UHGV virus genome: UHGV-0268347
DNA length: 27,718 nt
Source of the DNA: a virus
Direction: 5' to 3' (one strand)
Under the pieces are notes generated by a model. That model ran no database searches. It saw only the letters and a list, made by a program, of their open reading frames with translations, and was not told the DNA's origin. This document shows, one piece after another, positions 7,714 through 16,289 of this stretch. A program made the position numbers and the translations under genes. The stretch's first letter is position 1. Each line of letters begins with the position of its first letter.

Positions 7714-8567
7714 GCACCATCCTGAAATGGGCGGGAAATAAAACCGCCATTATGTCCGAACTGAAAAAACACCTTCCTGCTGGCCCGCGACTGGTTGAAC
7801 CTTTCGCGGGTTCCTGTGCTGTGATGATGGAGACGGATTACCCCAGCTATCTGGTTGCGGATATTAATCCTGATTTAATCAACCTCTATAAAAAGGTTGC
7901 CTCTGATTGTGAATCGTTTATATCTCGCGCCAGAGTTTTATTTGAGATCGCAAACAGGGAGGTGGCTTATTACAACATAAGGCAGGAGTTTAATTACTCC
8001 ACTGAAATTACTGATTTCATGAAAGCGGTATATTTCCTGTATCTCAATCGTCACGGTTACCGTGGTTTATGTCGCTATAACAAGAGCGGGCATTTCAACA
8101 TTCCCTACGGTAATTATAAAAATCCGTATTTCCCTGAAAAAGAAATTCGCGCATTTGCAGAGAAAGCCCAGCGTGCAACGTTTATCTGCGCAAGCTTTGA
8201 TGAAACGCTGGCGATGCTGCAGGTGGGGGATGTGGTGTATTGCGATCCGCCGTATGACGGTACGTTTTCCGGCTATCACACTGATGGTTTCACTGAAGAT
8301 GACCAGTATCACCTGGCATCCGTTCTTGAACATCGGTCATCAGAAGGACATCCGGTCATTGTTTCTAACAGTGATACATCCCTGATCCGTTCGCTGTATC
8401 GCAATTTTACTCACCACTACATCAAGGCAAAACGCAGCATCGGTGTAGCAGCTGGTGAGAGTAAATCTGCAACAGAAATCATCGCTGTTTCCGGGCCGCG
8501 CTGCTGGGTGGGATTTGATCCTTCGCGTGGCGTGGATAGTTCTGCCGTGTACGGAGTGCGTGCATGA
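7710..8567 (+). CDS. dam: DNA adenine (N6) methyltransferase, Dam family
   Basis: 286 aa; N-terminal KWAGNK motif ([15 protein letters not shown]), [16 protein letters not shown], catalytic DPPY ([10 protein letters not shown]); start overlaps the upstream stop and the stop overlaps the A start. Confidence 0.9.
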   Translation: MSTILKWAGNKTAIMSELKKHLPAGPRLVEPFAGSCAVMMETDYPSYLVADINPDLINLYKKVASDCESFISRARVLFEIANREVAYYNIRQEFNYSTEITDFMKAVYFLYLNRHGYRGLCRYNKSGHFNIPYGNYKNPYFPEKEIRAFAEKAQRATFICASFDETLAMLQVGDVVYCDPPYDGTFSGYHTDGFTEDDQYHLASVLEHRSSEGHPVIVSNSDTSLIRSLYRNFTHHYIKAKRSIGVAAGESKSATEIIAVSGPRCWVGFDPSRGVDSSAVYGVRA

Positions 8568-10978
8568 GCCATGCTGATATGAACAACTGCAGCGGCTTTA
8601 ACAAGGTCGCCGCAGCATTCTCATGGAACAGCCCGAAAAAGGCCATTAACCCTTATCTGGACCCGGCGGAAGTTGCGCCGGTTTCTGCGCTTTCAAACCT
8701 GATCACTCTGTACGCTACCGATAACGAGCAGGAACAACTGCGCCGCGAGGCACTGAGTGATCAGGTCTGGGAGCGTTATTTCTTTAATGAATCCCGTGAT
8801 CCTGTCCAACGCGAAATGGAGCAGGATAAGCTCATTAGCCGGGCAAAGATGGCGCATGAGCAGCAGCGTTTTAATCCAGACATGGTCATTCTGGCTGACG
8901 TCAACGCCCAGCCTTCCCATATCAGCAAGCCGCTGATGCAACGTATTGAATATTTCAGCAGCCTGGGCAGGCCAAAGGCTTATTCCCGCTATTTGCGTGA
9001 GACGATTAAGCCATGTCTGGAACGACTGGAGCATATACGCGACAGCCAGCTATCTGCATCTTTTCGTTTTATGGCAAGCCATGAAGGGCTGGACGGTCTG
9101 CTGATCCTGCCTGAAATGAGTCAGGATCAGGTGAAACGCCTGTCTACCCTTGTCGCTGCGCATATGAGCATGTGTCTTGATGCCGCTTGTGGTGATTTGT
9201 ACGCCTCCGATGATGTTAAGCCAGAAGAAATCCGCAAGACATGGGAAAAGGTGGCTGCAGAAACCCTGCGACTGGATGTCATACCGCCTGCGTTTGAGCA
9301 ACTCCGCCGGAAAAGAAACCGCCGCAAACCTGTGCCTTATGAACTCATTCCGGGTTCGCTGGCGCGTATGCTGTGCGCCGACTGGTGGTATCGGAAATTA
9401 TGGAAGATGCGTTGCGAATGGCGGGAAGAGCAGTTGCGTGCTGTCTGCCTGGTCAGCAAAAAAGCATCTCCCTATGTCAGCTATGAAGCCGTGATGCATA
9501 AACGTGAGCAGCGCCGTAAGTCGCTGGAGTTTTTCCGTTCTCATGAACTGGTGAACGAAGACGGCGACACGCTGAACATGGAGGATGTGGTAAACGCCAG
9601 CAGCAGCAACCCGGCGCATCGCCGCAACGAGATGATGGCCTGTGTTAAAGGCCTGGAGCTTATCGCGGAAATGCGTGGTGACTGCGCCGTTTTCTACACC
9701 ATCACCTGTCCGTCACGTTTCCATTCCACGCTAAATAACGGCAGGCCAAACCCGACCTGGACCAACGCGACAGTAAGACAAAGCAGCGATTATCTGGTCG
9801 GCATGTTTGCTGCATTTCGTAAGGCTATGCACAAAGCCGGGTTGCGCTGGTATGGCGTGCGGGTGGCTGAGCCGCATCATGACGGCACAGTTCACTGGCA
9901 CCTGTTGTGTTTCATGCGCAAAAAAGACCGCCGCGCCATTACTGCATTGTTGCGTAAGTTTGCCATCCGAGAAGACCGCGAGGAGCTGGGCAATAACACG
10001 GGGCCACGCTTTAAGTCTGAGCTGATAAACCCGCGCAAAGGAACGCCGACAAGCTACATTGCGAAATATATCAGTAAGAATATTGACGGGCGTGGTCTGG
10101 CTGGCGAGATCAGTAAGGAAACGGGTAAATCCCTGCGTGATAACGCTGAATACGTTAATGCCTGGGCGTCTCTGCATCGTGTTCAGCAATTCCGCTTCTT
10201 TGGCATTCCGGGGCGTCAGGCTTACCGTGAACTGCGATTGCTGGCTGGTCAGGCGGCAAGGCAACAGGGTGACAAAAAAGCAGGTGCGCCGGTACTGGAT
10301 AACCCGCGCCTTGATGCCATCCTGGCTGCTGCTGATGCTGGTTGTTTTGCCACCTACATCATGAAGCAGGGCGGCGTACTGGTTCCCCGCAAATATCACC
10401 TCATCAGAACCGCTTATGAAATCAACGAAGAGCCAACCGCCTATGGCGATCACGGTATTCGTATTTATGGCATCTGGTCACCCATTGCAGAGGGCAAGAT
10501 CTGCACTCATGCAGTGAAGTGGAAAATGGTTCGTAAGGCCGTTGACGTTCAGGAGGCGGCTGCCGACCAGGGCGCTTGCGCCCCTTGGACTCGTGGCAAT
10601 AACTGTCCCCTTGCTGAAAATTTGTACCAACAAGGGAAAGACAAATCAGCTGATGGGGATACCAGAACGGATATCACCCGTATGGATGACAAGGAGTTGC
10701 ACGATTACCTGCACAGTATGAACAAAAAAGAACGCCGGGAACTGGCTGCAAGATTACGCCTGGTGAAACCGAAACGGCGTAGAGACTACAAACAGCGAAT
10801 TACAGACCATCAACGACAGCAGCTCGTCTATGAACTGAAGTCCAGAGGATTTGATGGCAGCGAGAAAGAGGTCGATTTACTCCTTCGCGGCGGCAGCATT
10901 CCGTCAGGAGCAGGCCTGCGTGTCTTCTATCGGAACCAGCGTTTGCAGGAAGATGATAAGTGGCGGAACCTGTATTAA
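8564..10978 (+). CDS. A: Replication initiation endonuclease A (P2 gpA / 186 A family)
   Basis: 804 aa; metal-binding HWH motif ([10 protein letters not shown]) and tyrosine region ([10 protein letters not shown]) typical of rolling-circle initiators; position after the early operon. Confidence 0.93.
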   Translation: MSHADMNNCSGFNKVAAAFSWNSPKKAINPYLDPAEVAPVSALSNLITLYATDNEQEQLRREALSDQVWERYFFNESRDPVQREMEQDKLISRAKMAHEQQRFNPDMVILADVNAQPSHISKPLMQRIEYFSSLGRPKAYSRYLRETIKPCLERLEHIRDSQLSASFRFMASHEGLDGLLILPEMSQDQVKRLSTLVAAHMSMCLDAACGDLYASDDVKPEEIRKTWEKVAAETLRLDVIPPAFEQLRRKRNRRKPVPYELIPGSLARMLCADWWYRKLWKMRCEWREEQLRAVCLVSKKASPYVSYEAVMHKREQRRKSLEFFRSHELVNEDGDTLNMEDVVNASSSNPAHRRNEMMACVKGLELIAEMRGDCAVFYTITCPSRFHSTLNNGRPNPTWTNATVRQSSDYLVGMFAAFRKAMHKAGLRWYGVRVAEPHHDGTVHWHLLCFMRKKDRRAITALLRKFAIREDREELGNNTGPRFKSELINPRKGTPTSYIAKYISKNIDGRGLAGEISKETGKSLRDNAEYVNAWASLHRVQQFRFFGIPGRQAYRELRLLAGQAARQQGDKKAGAPVLDNPRLDAILAAADAGCFATYIMKQGGVLVPRKYHLIRTAYEINEEPTAYGDHGIRIYGIWSPIAEGKICTHAVKWKMVRKAVDVQEAAADQGACAPWTRGNNCPLAENLYQQGKDKSADGDTRTDITRMDDKELHDYLHSMNKKERRELAARLRLVKPKRRRDYKQRITDHQRQQLVYELKSRGFDGSEKEVDLLLRGGSIPSGAGLRVFYRNQRLQEDDKWRNLY

Positions 10979-11070
10979 TTACGCGGGTTAACAATTCGTG
11001 CTCTTAATAATACCAGGCATATCAGGCTGATGAACGTAAAAAAACGTTTTACATCAGTAAGATTATTGTA

Positions 11071-11090
11071 TACTGTAAATATAAACAGTG
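11071..11090. promoter_or_regulatory. LexA (SOS) box
   Basis: taCTGTaaatataaACAGtg: CTGT-N8-ACAG with an AT-rich spacer, matching the LexA consensus, about 40 bp upstream of the next ORF. Confidence 0.7.
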
Positions 11091-11131
11091 GTTATGCATA
11101 CAGTATTGCGTGTGGTGTCATAGGAGGAAAG

Positions 11132-11320
11132 ATGCAGGACTATTTTTTGGAGTCTTTGAAGCTCCAGCGCATTGATTTTTTTCTTAAGCTTGTAGCGGCC
11201 AGTGAGTGTAGTGATGAAGAGAAGGGGCTGGCTCTGCAGTGGGTTTCTGAATTGACTGATGAACTCATGGCAAAAATCAGAACCCACGAATACAACCGCT
11301 CAATGGATGTCATCAGTTGA
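11132..11320 (+). CDS. Hypothetical SOS-operon protein (62 aa), tum-region ORF
   Basis: ATG with strong RBS (taggagg) directly downstream of the LexA box; no family recognised. Confidence 0.45.
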   Translation: MQDYFLESLKLQRIDFFLKLVAASECSDEEKGLALQWVSELTDELMAKIRTHEYNRSMDVIS

Positions 11321-11330
11321 GGTGACTTTT

Positions 11331-11564
11331 ATGCGCATTGAAATAATGATCGATAAAGAGCAGAAGATTAGCCAGTCTACCCTGGACTCCCTTGAATCCG
11401 AGCTTTACCGCAATCTGAGCCCCCTGTATCCCAAAGCGGTAATTCGTATCCGTAAAGGTAGCGCCAATGGTGTTGAACTGAGCGGGTTAAAACTGGATGA
11501 AGACAAAAAGCGAGTGATAGAAATCATGCAGCAGGTCTGGGAGGACGATAGTTGGTTACATTAG
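11331..11564 (+). CDS. DinI-family protein
   Basis: 77 aa, MRIEIMIDKEQKISQSTLDSLESELYRNLSPLYPKAVIRIRKG...IMQQVWEDDSW; resembles DinI in N-terminal MRIE and C-terminal acidic W motif; RBS gaggtga. Confidence 0.7.
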   Translation: MRIEIMIDKEQKISQSTLDSLESELYRNLSPLYPKAVIRIRKGSANGVELSGLKLDEDKKRVIEIMQQVWEDDSWLH

Positions 11565-11797
11565 CGAACAGAATTTAGCCAAGCGATAAGTCATTCATCC
11601 AAGGGGGCGGCGTTTGCCGCACTTTTATGGATGTTAGAACTAGTATTTTAGATCTTTATTTTATTTAACATTTTGATTGTTATGCATTTTATTTGTTTTT
11701 GTTACTTTTGTCTGTAAAAATTTTGTAGGGTAAAATCATCATCGAAGTCGAGTTAAAATGATGCTACAATCCTTCAAGTATAGAGGGAGGACTTATT

Positions 11798-12838
11798 TTG
11801 ATTAAAGTTGTTGATCTTTTTTGCGGAGCAGGTGGCTTAACTCATGGTTTGCAACGAGCAGGGTTGAATGTGGTTGCAGGCTATGATATTGATGCTACAT
11901 GTCGGTATGCTTATGAAAAAAATAACAATGCTTTATTTGTGCAAAAAAGCGTCACTGAACTTGATGAAGGGGAAATAAGTAAGCATTTTAAGGATGCATC
12001 AATTAAAGTTTTAGCTGGATGCGCTCCATGCCAGCCATTTTCTAGTTATACAAATACTGATAAATCAGTAAAAAAAATAAAAGACCATCGATGGTCTTTA
12101 TTGTATAGCTTTGCTAAGCAAATTCAATTATGTGCTCCAGATATAGTCACAATGGAGAATGTTCCAAGAGTTATTAACCACAAAGTTTTTAAAGATTTTG
12201 TGAAGACTTTAAAGTCTGAAGGGTATTTCGTTTGGTATGATACTGTATTTTGTCCTGATTATGGAATGGCCCAAAGCCGATCTAGATTAGTGTTATTAGC
12301 GTCCAAGTTTGGCGAGATAAAACTAATCCCGCCAACACATGATAAAAATAACTATAACACTGTACGTAGCGTTATTGGTGGATTGCCTCCTATTGATGCT
12401 GGATCGAGTGATGAGAAAGACAGACTTCATTATGCTGCATCTTTATCACCATTAAATATGGAGCGAATAAAACATTCTAAGCCAGGTGGAACATGGAAAG
12501 ATTGGCCTGAGTACTTACGGGCGTCATGCCACACCAAAGAATCAGGATCTTCTTACACTGCAGTTTATGGAAGAATGAGCTGGGATAAACTTGGCTCTAC
12601 AATTACAACACAATGTATAGGTTTTGGTAATGGTCGATTTGGTCATCCAGAACAAAATAGAGCTATTAGCCTAAGAGAGGCAGCTTTGCTTCAATCTTTT
12701 CCTCTAACTTATGAATTTTGGCCAGCTGAAGTAAAAGTTGAACTCAGGAATGTTGCACGACTGATTGGTAATGCTGTGCCGGTGAGGCTCGGTGAAGTTG
12801 TTGGGCAAAGTATTATTGAACACCTTAAAAGAAAATAA
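11798..12838 (+). CDS. DNA (cytosine-5) methyltransferase
   Basis: 346 aa with canonical C5-MTase motifs: I DLFCGAGG, IV GCAPCQPFS (catalytic Cys), VI ENV, VIII QSRSRLVLL, X GNAVPV. TTG start with RBS agggagga and extended -10 (tgcTACAAT) upstream; visibly AT-rich. Confidence 0.92.
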   Translation: MIKVVDLFCGAGGLTHGLQRAGLNVVAGYDIDATCRYAYEKNNNALFVQKSVTELDEGEISKHFKDASIKVLAGCAPCQPFSSYTNTDKSVKKIKDHRWSLLYSFAKQIQLCAPDIVTMENVPRVINHKVFKDFVKTLKSEGYFVWYDTVFCPDYGMAQSRSRLVLLASKFGEIKLIPPTHDKNNYNTVRSVIGGLPPIDAGSSDEKDRLHYAASLSPLNMERIKHSKPGGTWKDWPEYLRASCHTKESGSSYTAVYGRMSWDKLGSTITTQCIGFGNGRFGHPEQNRAISLREAALLQSFPLTYEFWPAEVKVELRNVARLIGNAVPVRLGEVVGQSIIEHLKRK

Positions 12839-12863
12839 AAAGGGCGAATCGCCCTTTTTTTTA
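12839..12863. terminator. Bidirectional rho-independent terminator shared by the convergent gene pair
   Basis: Stem agggcg-aat-cgccct flanked by an A-run on one side and a T-run on the other (aaaagggcgaatcgcccttttttttag). Confidence 0.75.
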
Positions 12864-14819
12864 GATACCATCAACAATTTTCATTATTCGTGCAGCATCA
12901 TCTTTTTTGCTCTGATACTCAGAGTATGCTTGTTTGGATTGTATTATAAGATCGCTATATGTTAATACCTTTGCATTTATAGATTGTAGCTGTGAGCGAA
13001 TATAATTATCTCCACTTCCGTCATAACCTTTGCCGACAAGAAAAACTACATCTATCGGTGGTATTTTTCCGGCAGGGCAACTATTTGGGTTGTTTCTAAA
13101 CCACTGCTCTGTGGCAACAACATATTTCCTTCCTTGACCTACTAATGCCAAAATATCAGGATATACATTTGGTCTTTTCATTTCAATGATGACGTGTTTA
13201 CCTGAAACGGTTTTGAAGGCTATATCAATTCTTGCACCACTTTCAGCGTCAGGGTTAACCTCTTTCAATTCCTTAGTCAGGGTTTGTTCCATAACTGTAG
13301 AACCAGTAACCCTCTCCCATGATGGGTCTAACAGCCATAAGTGGTCATAAAGATATTTTTGTACAGCCTTCTCTAACTCATTGTCATCGGTGATTTTTTG
13401 AAATTTCTCAATAACTTTCAATCGCTGTGATGTAATCTCATAAAAAAGGCTTGCCTCAATATCATTTACAGAAGCAAAAACCTCCCTAAAATGTTCTGAG
13501 TTTAAATCGCTAATTTTATCTAAAGCCTCAAGGTTATCTTTTATTCTTAATCTTTCAAAAGCAAGAACTGTATTTTTTAATACGGTTTTTTTTGCAATTT
13601 TCTGGTTTTCTTCATCTCCAGAAAATCTAAATGTGTTAATTTTGCCTAGTAATTTTTCGGCGCTGTTTCTTTCATGTTTTGACATGGAATCAAGCCAATC
13701 ACTTACAGCAGGTGAAGTTTTTTTAACCTCGCTAAGACCTTTTGCTCTTCGCCATTCATCCCATTCTTTATCTATTTTTTGTAATGTCCGTTCTAAGAAA
13801 CCCTTAATCACAGGATAGCGTGGATCATTCTGCTGTAATTTCTGTCGGGATGAGGTTGCCATGTCAGGTTTTTCATTTTCATCTAAAAAATCTGCGACAA
13901 GTTCCCCTACTAAATAATTTGTAAAAACCTTTGCGCTTCCGAATTCAAGCAATATATCTTCTTCAAATACCCGCCCATTTGATATTACGGTTATCGTGTT
14001 GTTAGATATTTCAGGGTCTTTTTTAAGTTGAGATGGTTTCTCAACACTTCCTACATAACCAGTAATGAAATAATCTACGCCTTCAAAAGATAATTTGTTA
14101 TCTAGAAGGCTTTTTTTAGAAAGATTTTTGCAAGATTTTACTCTTGCGGGATCTGAACTACCAAACTCCCATAAAAATTCAAGATCTGAAAGGAAGTCTC
14201 TATCTTCAGTAGTTATCTCAGTGTCATTGATTTTAACTATAAAATCATGACCAGGACCAATTATGCTAAACCGTCTGGCAAGTCTTTTTCTTAGATAGGT
14301 CTGAGTTCTATCAATGGATTTTTTTAAATCCATAAGAACTATTGTCGTCCCTATACTAAAGTCTTTCGGAACATTAATAATATTTGCAACATATTGTTTA
14401 CTGCTTTTTATACAGCGTTGCAATTCATCAACGTCAACTTCAAATCCCTGAGGCGTTTGGCCAATTTTGTGAGAAAATACTTGGATTTTGTTAGCTAATG
14501 AAAACATTGCTAATTTACCAATGCCTTTTCTACCCATGACTTGTCGTTGTAATCCATCACTTTTATACCTTCCACTTTCTCTTCTGGCATATCCAACTTT
14601 TAGGAATTTATTAATGATGTCATCTTTTGACATTCCATGTCCATCATCTTTAATTATTACCTTTTCATTTTCAACATCTAGAGTGATGTCTACATTTTTA
14701 GCATCCGCATCCCAAGCATTTGAGATTATTTCAGTTAGAACAGCTGGTGTGTTAGAGTAAAGACTCATACCTAAATGATTCAATACATTCAGGTCTATTT
14801 TAATTTCGAAATCGGACAT
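12861..14819 (-). CDS. GHKL-family ATPase fused to a C-terminal PD-(D/E)xK nuclease domain (652 aa); candidate restriction/defence effector
   Basis: N-terminus has Bergerat-fold motifs: N-box EIISNAWDADAKN, G1 IKDDGHGMS, G2 GRKGIGKLAMFS. C-terminus has GARIDIAF...GKHVIIEMKRP (acidic D532 and E546-x-K548 after hydrophobic strands). RBS aaggaaagga; visibly AT-rich. Confidence 0.85.
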   Translation of the reverse strand: MSDFEIKIDLNVLNHLGMSLYSNTPAVLTEIISNAWDADAKNVDITLDVENEKVIIKDDGHGMSKDDIINKFLKVGYARRESGRYKSDGLQRQVMGRKGIGKLAMFSLANKIQVFSHKIGQTPQGFEVDVDELQRCIKSSKQYVANIINVPKDFSIGTTIVLMDLKKSIDRTQTYLRKRLARRFSIIGPGHDFIVKINDTEITTEDRDFLSDLEFLWEFGSSDPARVKSCKNLSKKSLLDNKLSFEGVDYFITGYVGSVEKPSQLKKDPEISNNTITVISNGRVFEEDILLEFGSAKVFTNYLVGELVADFLDENEKPDMATSSRQKLQQNDPRYPVIKGFLERTLQKIDKEWDEWRRAKGLSEVKKTSPAVSDWLDSMSKHERNSAEKLLGKINTFRFSGDEENQKIAKKTVLKNTVLAFERLRIKDNLEALDKISDLNSEHFREVFASVNDIEASLFYEITSQRLKVIEKFQKITDDNELEKAVQKYLYDHLWLLDPSWERVTGSTVMEQTLTKELKEVNPDAESGARIDIAFKTVSGKHVIIEMKRPNVYPDILALVGQGRKYVVATEQWFRNNPNSCPAGKIPPIDVVFLVGKGYDGSGDNYIRSQLQSINAKVLTYSDLIIQSKQAYSEYQSKKDDAARIMKIVDGI

Positions 14820-15059
14820 ATCCTTTCCTTGCTGAAGCTTGTAGGCAGAGCTTAAGCCTACTCATGTGAACAAAATCCCTCGAAACTAAACATTGATTTT
14901 GACTAAATGTCAAATGTAGATGTTGCCTTGTGTAATGCATATCTATGCTGCATGAATACGCATGATCTCTTAAGGATCGCTTTTGTTGAAGCACGCCAGA
15001 ATTGGCGGGCTTTTGCTTATGTCATGCATGTGCATGAAAACTACTACATGAAGCGGGCA

Positions 15060-15078
15060 GGCGTGGCGGGGATACGAG
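15060..15078. other. Probable cos site (cohesive-end region)
   Basis: ggcgtggcggggatacgag shares its first 13 nt with the 186/P2 cohesive end as I recall it (GGCGTGGCGGGGA...), at the expected place between the cargo hotspot and portal gene Q. Confidence 0.5.
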
Positions 15079-15166
15079 CGCGCGCAGCGGGGTAAAATGG
15101 CCAAAATCCGGCGCAGCCTCTGGCCCGCTGGTGGCCTCATTTTGCGTAGGGGGGATAAATGTCAGG

Positions 15167-15202
15167 ACAAAAAGAAACGCCCCGCAGAATGCTGCTGGGG
15201 CG
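15167..15202 (-). terminator. Putative terminator downstream of Q (minus strand)
   Basis: Imperfect GC stem (cgcccc...ggggcg) followed on the minus strand by a T-rich run. Confidence 0.45.
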
Positions 15203-15239
15203 TTGTGAGAATTGGTCAGTTATTGATGTTGTGAGTATG

Positions 15240-16289
15240 TCAGCCTCGTTTGCTCTTAAGTCCTAAGTCATAGGCTTCAAAACGGATCACCTCTTCACCC
15301 AGCCAGTTGTTAAGCTCCTGCAGTCGCTTTTGCAGTGGCATCAGTTCATTGCGGACGAAAACACGGCTCGCCTTTTCCACATCACCGAAGCCACCAGTGT
15401 TGTTGGGAATGATACCCATCATTTGCGGCGGCACACGATGCGCCGCCATCATGTCGTCCCGGCTTACGTTCTTGATGTTCAGAAACTCATCCTTCGCCGC
15501 GACTTCTGATAACGGGATAATCTGAAGTCCGTCCTTTTTGCCGTTAGGAGAGTACATAAACAGATTGCGGAAGTTACCTGGTCCTTTGGCGCTTTTCATT
15601 GCATTGCGGAGGTTGTTCACATCCTCCTGGTTTTGTGCGGCGTCGGTCATGTACATGATGAAGCCTGCATGACTGCCGTTGATGTAATACTTCCGGCGGA
15701 ACAGCGTGGCGGACTCGTTGAGCAGGGCTGACGGAATGGCAGAAAGATAACCGGGCAGGCCGTAGATCTCCTGGTTGATGTCCGGTTCCATCAGATGAAA
15801 AATGCTGCCTTTCGCGAACTGATACGGCTGGGTTGTCATACCGTATTGCACAAACCAGTAGGTATCCAGGTCTAACCCGCGTCGGGTGTATTTTGCCAGA
15901 GCAGGCTCTAGGGCGATAACTTCACCGAAGCGGTTCGTGCGTTTCTCCAGGTAGGCGTTACCAAATACCAGATAGTCCTGCACAAAACGTGAAAAAGCCT
16001 GCTGGCTGAGCAGCGGGTGAGGGATGTAGGTGCTGGTCAGAATGTTGCATTTCACCGCAATCGGTGAGCTGTGATGCACGGCGGCGCGGAAGGTTCGCGC
16101 CAGTCCGTCGAAACTCACAGGCGGCTCATACCAGCGATCCATCTGTACGCATTCCACATAGTCCAGCAGTTCACGGCGGTCCAGAACAGGAACGGGATCG
16201 CCGAAGCTGAATGCTTCGGCTGTAGTTTGACTTTTAAGCTGGATCTGTTTCGTCGCCGCAGCGCGGTTCTTCTTACTCTTTCCCATCAA
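15240..16289 (-). CDS. Q: Capsid portal protein Q
   Basis: 349 aa; size, position next to cos and upstream of the terminase ATPase, and sequence match P2 gpQ. Confidence 0.9.
   Translation of the reverse strand: MMGKSKKNRAAATKQIQLKSQTTAEAFSFGDPVPVLDRRELLDYVECVQMDRWYEPPVSFDGLARTFRAAVHHSSPIAVKCNILTSTYIPHPLLSQQAFSRFVQDYLVFGNAYLEKRTNRFGEVIALEPALAKYTRRGLDLDTYWFVQYGMTTQPYQFAKGSIFHLMEPDINQEIYGLPGYLSAIPSALLNESATLFRRKYYINGSHAGFIMYMTDAAQNQEDVNNLRNAMKSAKGPGNFRNLFMYSPNGKKDGLQIIPLSEVAAKDEFLNIKNVSRDDMMAAHRVPPQMMGIIPNNTGGFGDVEKASRVFVRNELMPLQKRLQELNNWLGEEVIRFEAYDLGLKSKRG

Noticed and set aside
9731-10453. 240-aa minus-strand ORF inside replication gene A
   Set aside because: Antisense to a confidently identified gene in GC-rich coding sequence; no RBS or recognisable motif.
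14800-15095. Small ORFs (64 aa minus, 62 aa plus) in the hotspot-cos interval
   Set aside because: No RBS and they overlap the putative cos element; this interval is non-coding in P2/186.
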